A DNA stretch of 9,798 nt from Octopus sinensis (lineage: Eukaryota), in NCBI RefSeq assembly GCF_006345805.1, contig NW_021827691.1, forward strand, positions 1 to 9,798, in the 5' to 3' direction. Positions 7,693-9,798 of this stretch are shown piece after piece. Each line of letters opens with the position of its first letter. Positions within the stretch are counted from its first letter, which is position 1. A program made the translations under genes and the position numbers. Below the pieces are notes generated by a model, which searched no databases, was not told where the DNA came from, and saw only the letters and a list, made by a program, of their open reading frames with translations.

Positions 7693-8329
7693 CTGAAGAA
7701 TTGTAAGTGAGGTAGATTTTTTCCATTGCTGATATTTTGGTCATGCTAACAAACACACAACTTCAAGAATTGGTCACTCAAAGAAGGGCTTTTTTTTTTT
7801 TTTTTTGCTATATCTCTGTTTTTCTTTGTGTCTTTTGCATTAATGAAGAAATGCTAAAAAGTGGATTTACAGTTTTGGAAATATTAGGACATTTATTTAT
7901 GAAGAAAGCTACAAATGTCTTGTTTTTCCTAATCATGAAGACTTTCAAGGCTTCCCCTATGCAAAAATGTTACAAAACTAAGCAACCCTACCAGATAACA
8001 TTGCAGGGGACAGACTCCTTTTAGAATTGGGAGACAAAGGGTAAGTATATACACTCAATGTGGTGAATATACAGTTCTGAATTGTTTACTGAGGGAATTA
8101 ATATATTCGTGTCTGTCATCACTCTGATTATTCTTATTGTATGTAACATATAATATAAAATGTGTATAAGTGGATAATGTACACTGATAATGTGTGTGTT
8201 ATTGTAAATGTTAGTTATGTGGTTGTGTGAGGAGGCGGGTGGGGGTGGGGTGGCAGTGCCTGTTGTGTTTTCAGGTTATTCAACACCAGGGAGAACATTT
8301 GGCACCACAGGAGAAGTGGGTGGAGGTAT

Positions 8330-8670
8330 CAGGTTTAAATTTTTCATTTTAATAGTTGTAGGTTAATGGTTGATGGGAAAACATCAACAGTGAAATGGAA
8401 TTGCAGAAGGTGGCATCGTAGTCTGAGGGAGAATGTATTTAATCGAAGGTCTGATGGTGTATAACGATAGTAGCAAGGATTATTGGAGGAAGGATGAATG
8501 AATTAAAAACGGTTTCGATGAGGATGAGATAAAAATCAACAAGTTCAGAGCAGAAACCATTGTAGTAGTAGTAGAAGAAGAGACATGGAGAGGACACTGC
8601 CCAGCTGTAGGTCACCAGTTCTAGAGTTTGGGTGATGGATGGATTGTTGTATGTGACAACTTTAAACACA
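8330..8670 (-). mobile_element. Decayed 3' fragment of a CR1-group LINE ORF2
   Basis: PSITQTLELVTYSWAVSSPCLFFYYYYNGFCSELV resembles the post-RT motif L.PL.HRR.VSSL.LFYRYY.G.CS.EL; downstream (8391-8338) TVDVFPSTINLQLLK*KI resembles LP..VFP...NLQ.FK..IN. Stops and frameshifts present; clade not resolvable. Confidence 0.65.
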
Positions 8671-9798
8671 TGTCAAATGTAAGCGTTGGAATGGGTCAGT
8701 TGGAACCAAAGACGGCTTTGGTTGTACAAACTGTTAAATCTTCATTTAGATTTCCTACTTCTGAGTGGTCATTTGATCATTATGAGAGGAAAATTTCTCT
8801 GCAAACTGGTGCTTACGTGTATGGATGAAGGAATGTTTTGAAGTTGGCTGACTCTAAGTTAAGCATTCAGCTCCTATCCATTACCACCAAGACATATACA
8901 AGTAGCATCAGGGGACTACAGACTAAAGAATATGGTTACTATTCAATAAAATTCTTTATCAAACACTTGTAAGTAGCAGCTACACTACAACAAGTTAACT
9001 GAAGAAATATAGAATAAAAGTCTTCGAGGTCAACAGAATAACCTTTAACAGTTTTTTGATAAGAGATTCTTGTTTTTGTTCTTTGATTAAATTTTCAGAA
9101 AACAAGGAATGCTTTTGTGTGGTGTTCATCCAGGCCTTAAACTAGAAAACCTGCTTTTGATTCCAACCACATCTGCTTCCATGGTACAAAATAACGGTTG
9201 CATTTTAAATAATCGTATTTTAATAAAACCATTTTGTGGGAATTTTTTGTTGTGGAGAAGAAAAAAGTTTTATCGTTTTAATGAAATACTTACAAGTTAT
9301 GTAATAATTTGAAAAATAAAGGCAGGATGTATTTTGTAAGGAGTTGGACCATAAAAGGCAGAATGAAAGTGGAAGTAAAAAGTGTTGGACTTTGCTTAAC
9401 ATTTGACCAAAATAAAGGAATTCTGAAGACTACCAGGAATATGTGTTATTTGTATATGTGTGTTTGTGTGTACGATCATAGTAATGTGATCGTACAGCAT
9501 GCATACTTTTTCAAGAAAGGAGCCTAACCAACAGCATAAATGTCCAATGCCACCTTTTCATTCCAGAATGGTAGCGTAAAGTTTATCAGGAGGTTTGGAC
9601 CTCATTTGGAACCAGTTGAAGTTAAATCCAAGAAATGGTCCTGAAGGAAACAATTAATTGGAGAGAAAATTCATTTTCTTGGAAAATCCACCATTCCCAC
9701 AAAATAAGGAATTCCTCTTCATTTGGGAATTTGGTCCTGGAGAGAAACCCCTAACAACAGCATTATAATGAAAAACAAAGAGTAAATAAATAAATGAA

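Noticed and set aside
8230-8330. G-rich run (possible G-quadruplex) and TTTCAG acceptor at 8273-8274
   Set aside because: Only three tracts of three or more G; the acceptor abuts the LINE remnant's 3' end and gives no recognisable peptide.
7737-9527. Short 60-95 aa ORFs (7737-8024, 8628-8828, 9109-9312, 9220-9402, 9309-9527)
   Set aside because: Lengths expected by chance, no motifs, one spans a poly-T run.
9558-9672. Minus-strand acceptor TTTCCTTCAG followed by GPFLGFNFNWFQMRSKPPDKLYATILE*
   Set aside because: Stops after 27 codons, no good donor, cannot be joined in frame to the 7658-7692 candidate and is not recognisable.

Overview
AT-rich, repeat-saturated eukaryotic non-coding DNA (intron or intergenic). 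The SINE motifs and dense TG/GA/AAT/CAA microsatellites resemble repeats I recall from octopus (coleoid cephalopod) genomes; this is recognition from memory, not a database result. There is no intact gene, and nearly all listed ORFs are microsatellite or chance frames. Two LINE remnants translate recognisably: the 3' end of an R4/Dong-type RLE retrotransposon (+, 4271-4915) and a decayed CR1-group C-terminus (-, ~8330-8670). The main structure is a ~2.2 kb nest (3507-5703) of six co-oriented tRNA-derived SINEs, each bordered by (AAT)/(GAT) repeats, with the Dong-type fragment inserted in one spacer. A second run of four co-oriented ~170-230 bp repeats with (CAA)n tails follows at 6066-6969. 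Two short exon candidates are noted (690-710 +; 7658-7692 -), the latter enclosed by a 9-bp inverted repeat that pairs its donor with its putative branch-point region. I do not see a clearly new biological system; the best leads are microsatellite-targeted retroelement nesting and the possible structure-regulated small exon.
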